Shown here: positions 1 through 8,736 of the stretch, piece by piece | How the letters are laid out: every line of letters starts with the position of its first letter | How positions within the stretch are numbered: position 1 is the stretch's first letter | From: an uncultured Candidatus Saccharibacteria bacterium | Lineage (GTDB): Bacteria > Patescibacteriota > Andersenbacteria > UBA10190 | DNA length: 64,000 nt | Assembly: GCA_964371255.1 (NCBI GenBank) | Contig: CAYJKV010000004.1 | Span: 39,613 to 103,612 of the forward strand | Reading direction: 5' to 3' | Translations under genes and position numbers: made by a program | Notes under the pieces: model-generated | The model's input: only the letters and a program-made list of their open reading frames with translations | Databases searched by the model: none | Told to the model about the DNA's origin: nothing

Positions 1-2
1 AA

Positions 3-125
3 CGCAGGACGGCACCAGCATGGCGGGACGCGCTGACAAGAGTGCTGGCCACAGATTTTGCGATCAAGCAAGGAAAAGTTGATGCTCGTACAGGTGTATT
101 GATGCTAGTAGCAGGGCTGGGATAG
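3..125 (+). CDS. 3-prime end of an unidentified CDS running off the window start (frame 3, stop TAG at 123-125)
   Basis: Open frame from the window edge ending ...GVLMLVAGLG*. Too short to assign a function. Confidence 0.25.
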   Translation, partial: RRTAPAWRDALTRVLATDFAIKQGKVDARTGVLMLVAGLG

Positions 126-255
126 TAGAATACCAGGGGGGGGTAAATGCATAAAGACTAAACAGCTTGATTTCTCAACGACAGAAGTGGGCGGGAATTA
201 TTTTTTCAAATAGGGACTAGTTTGTTGTGGGTTTTGTCTATTGGCTGTGACTTGT

Positions 256-1302
256 TTAATGCGGTGATGGACTGGGGGTATTACTGGGAATGGGGGTGGA
301 CATGGGAGTAGCCGTAGGTGAAGGCGTTGATATTGGGACGCAATTCTGAGTGTAATTACAGGCAGCATAACAGGTGGCTTCTATGGTAACTGAATGGGGA
401 GGCGACGGTATAACCGGCACGATTTTTGTCATACAGGCTGAGGTGGTCCTGACGGGCGGATCTGTGATCGGATCTCCAAGTGTGTCGATAGGTTGGTACG
501 GGGGATGGTAGACAGCTTTACCCTCTGCCTTACAGCCAGCGTCGCATGCTTTTGGATTAGGTGTGCATTGATACATAGGGTCGTTAGTCGCAAGGGCGGC
601 GCACTTGGTTTCAAGCCCTGCTTTGGCTGCTTCGATAGCTCGTTCTGTCGCTAAGGCTACTAATTGGTTATCGTTCAAATATTCGTCTGTGGCTGTGCCG
701 CGCTTGGTATTCTCTACTTTAAAGGTGCCTTTACTGTCTGGGTTACAGTTATTGCCAACTGAACCAGATTTGTAGCATTGGGGGTAAACTGCAGGCGTAG
801 GGTTGATACCTGCTTTGGGTACGCAGTTGCGGTATAGGCTAGCGTTGAGTTTAGCAGTAAATTTTACATTAAATGGTGGCGTTGTGCTATCCTCTACATC
901 GTATGTAAGCTCAGTAATTCTGGCTGTACATTTAGGCGAATCGAGTGGGTTGTCCTCCGTTTTCTTTGATTCGCATTTTGGGTCTGTGCAGGGGATCTGG
1001 TTTTCGTCTTTCAGTTTTTGTAAATTACAAAATTGTGTTTTTAGCTTGTCTGCTGCTGAGCGTTTAAGTGCATCAGTAACAGGGAGCATGGGCGTAGAAA
1101 GTGTAATGTAGTCTGTCCCGGTGACGTTTTTCTTTTCTGTGGCGGGACGACAAACATATACGGCGGCCCTTAAACTACCATTGACATCAATGTTTTCTTT
1201 TAGGGCGATCGCTAGAATTACAAAAAGGAGACCAATGATAATGAAGCTTAAGATTATGATTGGATTAAGGGTGTGCTTATGTTTCTTATTTTTGGTAGCC
1301 AT
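256..1302 (-). CDS. membrane-anchored, cysteine-rich extracellular protein with a Pro/Thr/Ser-rich C-terminal tail (hypothetical)
   Basis: 348 aa ORF with an N-terminal hydrophobic anchor (IIILSFIIIGLLFVILAIAL), about 20 Cys residues in the ectodomain and a PTATPMSTPIPSNTPSPSP tail. No family recognised. Confidence 0.55.
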   Translation of the reverse strand: MATKNKKHKHTLNPIIILSFIIIGLLFVILAIALKENIDVNGSLRAAVYVCRPATEKKNVTGTDYITLSTPMLPVTDALKRSAADKLKTQFCNLQKLKDENQIPCTDPKCESKKTEDNPLDSPKCTARITELTYDVEDSTTPPFNVKFTAKLNASLYRNCVPKAGINPTPAVYPQCYKSGSVGNNCNPDSKGTFKVENTKRGTATDEYLNDNQLVALATERAIEAAKAGLETKCAALATNDPMYQCTPNPKACDAGCKAEGKAVYHPPYQPIDTLGDPITDPPVRTTSACMTKIVPVIPSPPHSVTIEATCYAACNYTQNCVPISTPSPTATPMSTPIPSNTPSPSPH

Positions 1303-1457
1303 AAGTTTAGTGAAGGATTTTAAATAAAAGATTGCTTACATTATAGCACTATTGTCGAGCAAGGGGGAAAATACTGTGTAATATATAAAGGTTGTGGGAA
1401 CAGCAGGGTGTTGAAATAAAAAAGACGGCTTTTGTCCCGTCTTGGCTGCTTGTTTAG

Positions 1458-2192
1458 TCATTGGGTAATAATTTCGAACTTGTCTTGCCAGCACATACCA
1501 AATTCCTGGTGATCTCCCATTTTGATAGTCACCCAGATATTCTGGCAGTTAAGGTCGGAGGTAAGGCGGGTGAACTGTTCAAGGGTGGAAAGACACAGTT
1601 GATAGTGTTCAATGTCGGCAGGATCGTATTGGAGGCCAAAGTCGACAGTGGCGTAACCGGAAGATCTGAGTTCTTGTTCGTGAAACACTAACATTTCTTG
1701 GGTTTGACTGGGGAGGGAGGATAAAGAACCGTCGGACCTAATGACTAAATATAAGGTGAAAGTGGCGATGGGAGTAATGCCGTCAATCAGTTTTTCGGTT
1801 ACTAACCTCTGCCGGATAGGGGTCAGGTCAGGTATCCTGTTGAGGGCTTCATGGACTGAGTCTTCACCAACAAGGTTGGTGGTGACGGTGTGAGCAAAGC
1901 CTTGGCCTTTTAGTCCATTTGTAACTGAGGTATAAATGAACCTGACTGAAAGTGGATCGCCTGGAGTATGCGCATTGTTGGCCGAATCGTTAGTAAGAAT
2001 AACGCCTTGGATGTTTAGTCCGGCAGTGGCGTCAATGCAATCAGCTATCACCTGGCTGCTTGTTTGGCTAGCATTATCGTCCTGCTTGGTGAGGGGGAGA
2101 AGACATATCACGCTTACAAAAATAGTATTTGCGGCAAACCGGACAAAGTGGTTCATGGCAATTCTCCTGGGCTTAAGATGGGTAAGGGACAA
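1458..2192 (-). CDS. secreted hypothetical protein with a signal peptide
   Basis: 244 aa ORF. The N-terminus MNHFVRFAANTIFVSVICLLPLTKQDD looks like a Sec signal peptide. No family recognised. Confidence 0.55.
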   Translation of the reverse strand: MSLTHLKPRRIAMNHFVRFAANTIFVSVICLLPLTKQDDNASQTSSQVIADCIDATAGLNIQGVILTNDSANNAHTPGDPLSVRFIYTSVTNGLKGQGFAHTVTTNLVGEDSVHEALNRIPDLTPIRQRLVTEKLIDGITPIATFTLYLVIRSDGSLSSLPSQTQEMLVFHEQELRSSGYATVDFGLQYDPADIEHYQLCLSTLEQFTRLTSDLNCQNIWVTIKMGDHQEFGMCWQDKFEIITQ

Positions 2193-2481
2193 ACTAAAAC
2201 AATAGTTGCTCTAATATAAATCTTTATTGACTTTTGTCAACAGGATAATGGAACGAAGAGTGTGAATCAGTCTGGAGCTAGAGTGATGTCTAGTAATATC
2301 TATTCCGTTCAAGTAGTTAAGTGGGTAGGGAGAATCGACTTAACAAATCAATGGCTTATTAGAACTATCCGTTCATGGATAGTTCTAAGCGTGCTGGAAG
2401 GAGGTTTATGGCGTGCGTCAAAAGCGGCCCTAAAATGAATATGACCCAGTCCCAGGCGGGAAAAGGCGGATATATTAGGCT

Positions 2482-2751
2482 TTATTTGGCTGTAATTTTA
2501 GAGATTGCTTTGAGTAGCCTGGATTTTTTGCGGGCTGCTTTGTTGGTATGGAGAACGTTACGTCGCACAGCGCGATCTATGGCTTTTTGGGCAGCGGGAT
2601 AAGCCGTCTCGGCGGCAGATTTGTCGTGGGCCGTAATAGCGTCACGTACGGCATGTGTGGCTGTGCGGATGGCAGACCGCCAGCGGTCGTTCTGGGTGCG
2701 GCGGCGCTGGTTTTTGCGAAGATCTTTTTTAGCGGCTTGTAGTTGTGGCAT
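2482..2751 (-). CDS. rpsT: 30S ribosomal protein S20
   Basis: 89 aa basic protein. AKKDLRKNQRRRTQNDRWRS...AAQKAIDRAVRRNVLHTNKAARKKSRL matches the S20 consensus (AKKR...KAARHKS). Confidence 0.9.
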   Translation of the reverse strand: MPQLQAAKKDLRKNQRRRTQNDRWRSAIRTATHAVRDAITAHDKSAAETAYPAAQKAIDRAVRRNVLHTNKAARKKSRLLKAISKITAK

Positions 2752-2958
2752 GGTGTTTGGAGCTTGAATTAGAAAATTTATATTTAAAAAGAGGGGAGGG
2801 GAAAAAGGTGTTTTATGTTTGTTGAGTGATTATGGGGGAAAATGGGAAATAATTCAAGTGTAGGTTCTTGATCGGGCTGTTTTTTTAGGAATGACTGGTG
2901 ATAGAAAAGAATAGGCTGTAAACCCCGATAATATTAAGCAGACTGCAAGATGAAGAAG

Positions 2959-3276
2959 TTAGGGTAAGGGCGTTGGAGACGGGTAGGGTGGCAATAGCGT
3001 TGGAGACGGGTAGGGTGGCAATAGTGTTGGAGACGGGTAGACCTGTGTCGTAACGCGTCGAGCATTTAGAAAGGTTACAAATTTAGTTGCAGCAAAAAGT
3101 AAAATAAGAAGAATAATTGCCTCTCCGATTTTAATAATAAGTGGTCTTTTGGGGTGTGGATTTGTGTTGGCTTTTGCGTCAGTTGGGGTCAGTGGTGTTG
3201 CGTCGGGGGACGCAAGGGGTGTGGGGTTTTCTGGTGCAGGTTTCTCAGTTTGGTTAGTTGGAACCTGGTTGTTCAT
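2959..3276 (-). CDS. small single-pass membrane protein with a C-terminal PYPSPTLLP tandem repeat (hypothetical)
   Basis: 105 aa ORF with a TM segment IIKIGEAIILLILLFAATKFVTFL. Its C-terminus is encoded by a 27-bp tandem repeat. Confidence 0.4.
   Translation of the reverse strand: MNNQVPTNQTEKPAPENPTPLASPDATPLTPTDAKANTNPHPKRPLIIKIGEAIILLILLFAATKFVTFLNARRVTTQVYPSPTLLPPYPSPTLLPPYPSPTPLP
2963..3040. repeat. 27-bp tandem repeat of about 2.8 copies (unit gttggagacgggtagggtggcaatagc)
   Basis: Read directly from the sequence. It encodes the PYPSPTLLP repeats of the 2959..3276 ORF. Confidence 0.8.
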
Positions 3277-3364
3277 AAGCAGAAACTAGCACAAAAAATT
3301 GTTAGAAACAATAGTGCGCGTTTGAATTCCATAGTGATTTTTGTAAAGAATAAAGCGGGGGTTG

Positions 3365-4413
3365 CTAGGGGTTAGATTGAAGAACTTTTAACGGATAAAG
3401 TAGGTGCGTCGACAGATCAAGTCGGCCGACACCTATCAGGGTGGAGAACTGGTCATGGTAAATAGCATAAAGGTGTTGTTTGCTTGGTAGGGGTGGGGGG
3501 CCAGGCAAAGAGAGATCGGGCTGGAGAGGGCTAGTTAATTGTGTAAGGGTTTTACCTGTAATCCCCTGCTCCCCTATCGTCCGGCCTTGAATGAATTGTG
3601 CGACGTTGACATCTGATAAGTTTATTTTTGGCAGGTGAGCGACTAGGGTTGTAGCTGGCAGGAGACTGTCTTTGATGGTGGTTAAATTCAATTGATTTAA
3701 TTTGACTGAATCAGCAATTTTATGCGGACCAATGCGGGTACGGCGTAATTGCTGGACGTAAGCGCCGGTCTTGAGAGCGATTCCCAGATCGCGGGCGAGG
3801 GAACGGATATAGGTACCGGTGGAGCAGGTAATAGTAAGGGAAAGGCTTGGGTAGTTGAAGGCAGTTAGTTTGATGTCGTGAATGGTAACCAGACGAGGAG
3901 CAAGTGAAGCTTTTATCCCCCGCCGGGCGATGTTATAAGCTCTCTCCCCGGCAATTCTTACGGCGGAGTAGGCTGGTGGTGTCTGCTGGATAGAACCGAT
4001 AAATTGGTTTAAGGTTTTTTGGATTTGAGAGACAGAAGGTCTAGCCTCCTCAACACCGGGTGTTTTATTATTAACACCCGGTGTTTTCCCGGCTAGCGAA
4101 GAGGTGATTTGGCCGGTAAGGTCGTCGGTATCGGATGAGGCGCCGAGAATGAAGGTGGCGTGGTACTCTTTGTCCCAAGCATGAGAATACTCAATCAGGC
4201 GGGTGGCGGAGCCGATGGCAACTAGCAGTACACCAGTAGCGAAAGGGTCGAGGGTGCCAGTGTGGCCTACTTTCAACTGGAGCCGCCGTGAGGTGAAGGC
4301 CGTCTTATTAAATAATGGCGGATGACTAGCAACAAGTAAGCGGCGGATTTGCGCTACAACATCGTGAGATGTTAATTTCGCTGGTTTGTCGATGTTGAGA
4401 AGACCGGATAGGG
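3365..4413 (-). CDS. truB: tRNA pseudouridine(55) synthase TruB, carrying an in-frame low-complexity insertion
   Basis: LLNIDKPAKLTSHDVV...GHTGTLDPFATGVLLVAIGSATRL...YHATFILGASSDTDDLTGQI matches the TruB catalytic core (GHxGTLDP). The likely start is a GTG near 4413; the ATG at 4513 would translate the 'tgaccaat' repeat and is unlikely to be genuine coding sequence. The insertion is AGKTPGVNNKTPGVEEARPS. Confidence 0.8.
4041..4097. repeat. near-palindromic element of about 57 bp inserted in-frame in truB, homologous to 21742..21797 in uvrB
   Basis: tagcctcctcaacaccgggtgttttattattaacacccggtgttttcccggctagc aligns at roughly 80% identity with the uvrB copy. It contains the palindromes aacaccgggtgtt and aacacccggtgtt. 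Confidence 0.75.
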
Positions 4414-4484
4414 TTTTCACAGGAGTATAGTATTGATAAATAATTATAACTTGATCATTAGTGGTGGTCCTTACGATTTTATAA

Positions 4485-4538
4485 ATGACCAATGACCAAT
4501 TTCCAATGACCAATCAAATCCTAATACCAAATGACCAA
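4485..4538. repeat. short tandem oligo repeat (atgaccaat / ccaaatgaccaa)
   Basis: atgaccaatgaccaatttccaatgaccaatcaaatcctaataccaaatgaccaa lies upstream of truB. It is related in style to the ccaaatgccaaa family. Confidence 0.6.
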
Positions 4539-4577
4539 GAGACACAAAGTTTAAAATCCTGAGCTAGCGAAATCCCT

Positions 4578-4599
4578 GCCTACCTACCGGCAGGTAGGC
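4578..4599. promoter_or_regulatory. 22-bp near-perfect palindrome (gcctacctaccggcaggtaggc) between divergent truB and gmd; candidate operator
   Basis: Inverted repeat cctacct/aggtagg around ccgg. It has no T-run, so it is not a terminator. Confidence 0.3.
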
Positions 4600-4757
4600 T
4601 AAACGAATTAGGTGTAGAGAAAAGCGGAAACAGAACAAAGATAACCTAAATTATTAAGTATCGTATGGGTTAGAGGTAAGGAGGTTTCTTTTGCAGTTTT
4701 TGTTATATTTTGTGCTAATCTGGATTAAGACTTGTTAATAAGCTAAATTTTTATTTT

Positions 4758-5720
4758 ATGGCAAAGAAAGCGATAATAACTGGTATTACCGGACAGGATG
4801 GTTCGTACCTATCTGAGCTTTTATTGGAGAAAGGGTATGACGTTTATGGCTTGGTACCCAGGTACGCGACTAATCCGTTTGAAAATATCGAACATATCCT
4901 GGACAAGGTAACGATTATAACTGGTGATTTAAGTGACTCTTCTTCGTTGTTTCGGATGATCAGGGATGTGCAGCCGGATGAAGTTTATAACCTAGGGGCT
5001 CAATCATTTGTGAAGGGCAGCTGGGATTTACCGGAACTGACGGGTGATGTAACAGGGGTTGGCGTAACTCGCATATTAGAAGCCTTGAGATACGAAAAGC
5101 CGGATGCAAGGTTTTATCAGGCCTCAAGTTCTGAGATGTTTGGCAAAGTGGTGGAAACGCCACAGCGGGAAACAACGCCCTTTTATCCACGCAGTCCCTA
5201 TGGGGTAGCAAAGGTTTATGGACATTACATTACTGTAAATTATCGGGAGAGTTATGGGATGTTTGCTTGTTCGGGGATTTTATTTAACCATGAGTCGCCG
5301 CGGCGGGGGCATGAGTTTGTCACGCGCAAAATATCAGAGGGTGTCGCAAAGATAAAATTAGGGCTTGCCAATGAGCTGAGGCTGGGGAATATGGACGCGA
5401 AACGTGATTGGGGATTCGCCGGTGATTATGTGGTAATGATGTGGTTAATGCTGCAGCAGGAAAAACCAGATGACTATGTAATTGGTACTGGCGAGAACCA
5501 TGCGGTGCAGGAGTTTGTGGAATTAGCGTTTGGTCATGCCGGACTGGACTGGAAAAAATATGTGGTGTTGGACGATGCGTTCAAGCGCCCGGCAGAAGTT
5601 GACGAATTACTAGCTGATCCAAAAAAGGCGAAAGATAAGTTAGGGTGGGAGCCGAGAGTCAGTTTTGAGGAATTGGTAAGAATGATGGTGGAGTCGGACT
5701 TAAAGAAACTAAAAGCGTAA
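4758..5720 (+). CDS. gmd: GDP-mannose 4,6-dehydratase
   Basis: 320 aa. [26 protein letters not shown]..., [10 protein letters not shown] and the [37 protein letters not shown] catalytic region all match Gmd. Confidence 0.95.
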   Translation: MAKKAIITGITGQDGSYLSELLLEKGYDVYGLVPRYATNPFENIEHILDKVTIITGDLSDSSSLFRMIRDVQPDEVYNLGAQSFVKGSWDLPELTGDVTGVGVTRILEALRYEKPDARFYQASSSEMFGKVVETPQRETTPFYPRSPYGVAKVYGHYITVNYRESYGMFACSGILFNHESPRRGHEFVTRKISEGVAKIKLGLANELRLGNMDAKRDWGFAGDYVVMMWLMLQQEKPDDYVIGTGENHAVQEFVELAFGHAGLDWKKYVVLDDAFKRPAEVDELLADPKKAKDKLGWEPRVSFEELVRMMVESDLKKLKA

Positions 5721-5766
5721 AACGGCAAGCGGAAAAATAACAATTAAAATTGAAACGCGCGGCAAG

Positions 5767-6783
5767 ATGAAAGGCACGATTGTCATAACGGGAGGTAATG
5801 GATTTGTTGGAAAACATTTGGTGGATGAGCTGCGGCAGGAATGGCCGAAGGCTGTCTTGTTAGTGTGGGATAGAAGGCTGGAGGGTTTGCCAGAAGGGGT
5901 ACAAGGTCAAGCAGTCGACTTAACAATACCGGATAGCTATCGTTCGGCACTGAGAAAACATCAGCCAGAATGGATTGTTCATCTGGCTGCCATTGCGCCG
6001 ATACCGGCAGCCATGAAGGACCCTGAATTAACGAAGCGGGTAAACGTGGACGCCACGCGAGATTTATTGCAGGGGGTGAGGGATGTATCCGAGGGGACTA
6101 AGGTGTTGGCCATTAGTTCTTCTGATTTGTATGGTTCGGCTAATCTCACCATTGGCGAGTCAGCTAAGTATGCTGGACATAGCCTGCGGGAGGAGGCAAC
6201 AGATAAGAACGATGATAACACTCCCCTACCGGAGCTGAATTTACAAGAGGCACAGCCGACTAACCCGTATGCGGCAAGTAAGTTAAGGATGGAAGAAATG
6301 ATCGAGCAAAACTTTAACGACTTGGTGGTGCGAGCTCGGCCGTTTCCTCATATTGGTCCGGGACAAGGCACAGGATTCGTGACAGCTGACTTCGCTTCGC
6401 AAATTGCCCGGGCAGAGAAAGGTGAACAGGAACCGATAATACGCGTAGGGAATTTAGATACTAGACGAGATTTTACGGACGTGCGGGACGTAGTTAGCGC
6501 ATACCGGTTATTAATGGAAAAAGGGCGGTTAGGCGAGGTGTATCATGTGGCATCAGAGAAAGCGGTAAAAATCGAAGAAGTGTTAGAAAGGTTATTAGCA
6601 TTGGCCAAGGTTGATATGAAAGTTGTGCAGGACGAGAGAAAAATGCGGAAGGCGGATGTGGGGGGGCTGGCGGGCAGTGCCCAGAAGCTGCGCGAAGAAA
6701 CCGGGTGGAGGCCGCAAATTGATTTACAGCACTCGTTGACAGACATTCTGGATTGGTGGCGGATGTATTACGGTAACCGATAA
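5767..6783 (+). CDS. NAD-dependent epimerase/dehydratase family reductase, probably GDP-4-keto-6-deoxy-D-mannose reductase (Rmd-like, GDP-D-rhamnose pathway)
   Basis: GGNGFVGKHLV Rossmann motif, YAASK catalytic motif, and RPFPHIGPGQ...GNLDTRRDFTDVRDVVSAYRLL resembling Rmd. It lies immediately downstream of gmd. Confidence 0.7.
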   Translation: MKGTIVITGGNGFVGKHLVDELRQEWPKAVLLVWDRRLEGLPEGVQGQAVDLTIPDSYRSALRKHQPEWIVHLAAIAPIPAAMKDPELTKRVNVDATRDLLQGVRDVSEGTKVLAISSSDLYGSANLTIGESAKYAGHSLREEATDKNDDNTPLPELNLQEAQPTNPYAASKLRMEEMIEQNFNDLVVRARPFPHIGPGQGTGFVTADFASQIARAEKGEQEPIIRVGNLDTRRDFTDVRDVVSAYRLLMEKGRLGEVYHVASEKAVKIEEVLERLLALAKVDMKVVQDERKMRKADVGGLAGSAQKLREETGWRPQIDLQHSLTDILDWWRMYYGNR

Positions 6784-8624
6784 AGAGAATAGCTGCCCTG
6801 CTTCGTGATTAATTCCCAATCTGATTGAATTGATAGGTTGGGATACAAAGAAAGCTCAACGGGTCCGACTACAACGTAATTGGGTTGGATTTGCGGCAGA
6901 GTCAATGATTGACCAGTGTAGAAAGGGCGAATACTAGTTTCTCTTTCAATGTGGTTACCGCCATGAGTCCAGACATGTCCTGGAAAACCCAAGTAGGCAG
7001 AGCGCCCCGATAGGGCAACTGGTGAATTGTGGTATGGAGCAATGAGGATGACGTCGTTTTTATTGGTGCGGTCGCGAATAGATTCGGCCATAGCGATTGA
7101 AGCAGCGTCCCACTCAGTCCAAGCAGGTAGCCCAGGGAGGGTAAGACGGAAGATATCAATAGAACCAGACAAGAGATGAAAAATCAGGGCAGCGGCTATG
7201 ACCGCGCGCCAGTAATATTTTGCCTGTTGCCATAATGCGTGACACGAGGCGGCTACTAAAGGCAGGGTAAAAAGAATCCAGTAAACGAAGATTTTAGTAT
7301 TATCCCACTCCCAGGCAGCGAAGCGCCAAATATTGGCGGCGAGGAAAAGAAGCAGGCCAGCAGCAGCTAGAAGCTTGGTTTCTTTGGGAACCCGCAGAAA
7401 GAAACCGAGCAGGGTGGTGGGGATAAGGAGGCCGGAATTTTTTAGCCAAAAGATAATAATGTTTTGGTTATGTGCCATCCAACCTAATTGGAGGTGCGGT
7501 GAAGCCGCAGCGGAGGCGGGACTAGTAGAGAAATATAGTAGGCTGGGCAAGCCAGTTAAAGCAGTGGTTAAAAAATAGGTTAGCCAGTGTCGACTTGGTT
7601 GACGCAAGACAAGGAAGATAATAACCGGAATCAAGGCGATAACGGTATGGGCGTGGAATAGAGGGAGAAAACCGGACAGTAGGCCAGCAAGGATCATTGT
7701 TTGGTGAGTTAAGGCAGAACGAGGCTGTCTTAATATAAGAAGTATAATGAAAGCTAAAGACATGCCGAACATAAAAGAGCGCTGGGGAAGCAATAAGGAG
7801 ATGATAGGGTTGATAATATAAAAACCAAGAGGGTCGTCTGAGTGGCCGGTGTAATTGATGGGTAAGTTAGCCAACCACTGTAGAATTGACTCATGAGGTA
7901 TGTTGAAGTCACCAACGATCCTGATCCAACCAAAAGTGCTGCCTCCTAACGCGAAAAGAAGGAGGGCAATTAGGGCTGTCCTGGAGTGACTAGTTAAGGC
8001 AAAGGCCAAGTGATAGAAGAGAAAAAGCGTCAGGGGGATAAGAAGAAAAGCCGGCCACACAACAGCCTGGTTGTAGTTAGCGCCAGCGACCAGGAGAATG
8101 GCGGAAAAGAAATTTGAGAAGAAAGGGTAAGTTAGTTTATTGCCAGCCAGAATTGGATTGTCGGGGGGGATGGTTGAGTTATAGGCCAGGTTAGTAATAT
8201 TGGCCATGTGGAAACCGAGATCACCATAGGCGTTAATGATGCTGGTGGACAGTCCCCCAGCGGTGCTGGAATTATAATAAAGCAATTTAGGGGCGATTAA
8301 GGCGGAGATTATTAATAGCACAACCAGGACGATGACTGCTGGTTTGTTATTGTCAAGGCACTTATAGGTCTGCCAATTTTTAATTTTAACTTGCGTGATG
8401 GTCAGATAAACAATTTCTGCGAGCAGGACAGCAACTATCAGATGTCTAGAAAGCAGAAAGAAAGCTGACGATAAATACGTGAGGACAGTGGTAAGAGTGA
8501 GTCCGATAATTGTACCGACGGCTAGAACCAGGGTTCTTTCCCGCCAGTTGGATAGCGTTAAAGTCAGGTTAATGCCTGTTAACGCGGAGACCACAAAGAT
8601 AGCAAGAGGTAAAAGGAGGCTCAT
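6768..8624 (-). CDS. polytopic membrane protein with an extracytoplasmic C-terminal domain; putative GT-C fold glycosyltransferase
   Basis: 618 aa. It has at least 12 predicted TM helices followed by a roughly 150 aa soluble C-terminus, and sits in the glycan locus next to gmd/rmd. Confidence 0.5.
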   Translation of the reverse strand: MSLLLPLAIFVVSALTGINLTLTLSNWRERTLVLAVGTIIGLTLTTVLTYLSSAFFLLSRHLIVAVLLAEIVYLTITQVKIKNWQTYKCLDNNKPAVIVLVVLLIISALIAPKLLYYNSSTAGGLSTSIINAYGDLGFHMANITNLAYNSTIPPDNPILAGNKLTYPFFSNFFSAILLVAGANYNQAVVWPAFLLIPLTLFLFYHLAFALTSHSRTALIALLLFALGGSTFGWIRIVGDFNIPHESILQWLANLPINYTGHSDDPLGFYIINPIISLLLPQRSFMFGMSLAFIILLILRQPRSALTHQTMILAGLLSGFLPLFHAHTVIALIPVIIFLVLRQPSRHWLTYFLTTALTGLPSLLYFSTSPASAAASPHLQLGWMAHNQNIIIFWLKNSGLLIPTTLLGFFLRVPKETKLLAAAGLLLFLAANIWRFAAWEWDNTKIFVYWILFTLPLVAASCHALWQQAKYYWRAVIAAALIFHLLSGSIDIFRLTLPGLPAWTEWDAASIAMAESIRDRTNKNDVILIAPYHNSPVALSGRSAYLGFPGHVWTHGGNHIERETSIRPFYTGQSLTLPQIQPNYVVVGPVELSLYPNLSIQSDWELITKQGSYSLYRLP

Positions 8625-8736
8625 CTAAATAATGAAATCGGAAACAAAAGACATGTCAAGTAGGTGTGTTTGTGATTAGGGATTTTATCAGTGTACACTG
8701 CTGAGATGACAAATCGGTATATAAGTCGGCAAAAGA

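Noticed and set aside
3365-4513. Longer truB ORF starting at the ATG at 4513
   Set aside because: The extra N-terminal 33 codons are the translation of the 'attggtcat' oligo repeat and have no TruB homology. TruB homology begins at LLNIDKP, so a GTG start near 4413 is more plausible.
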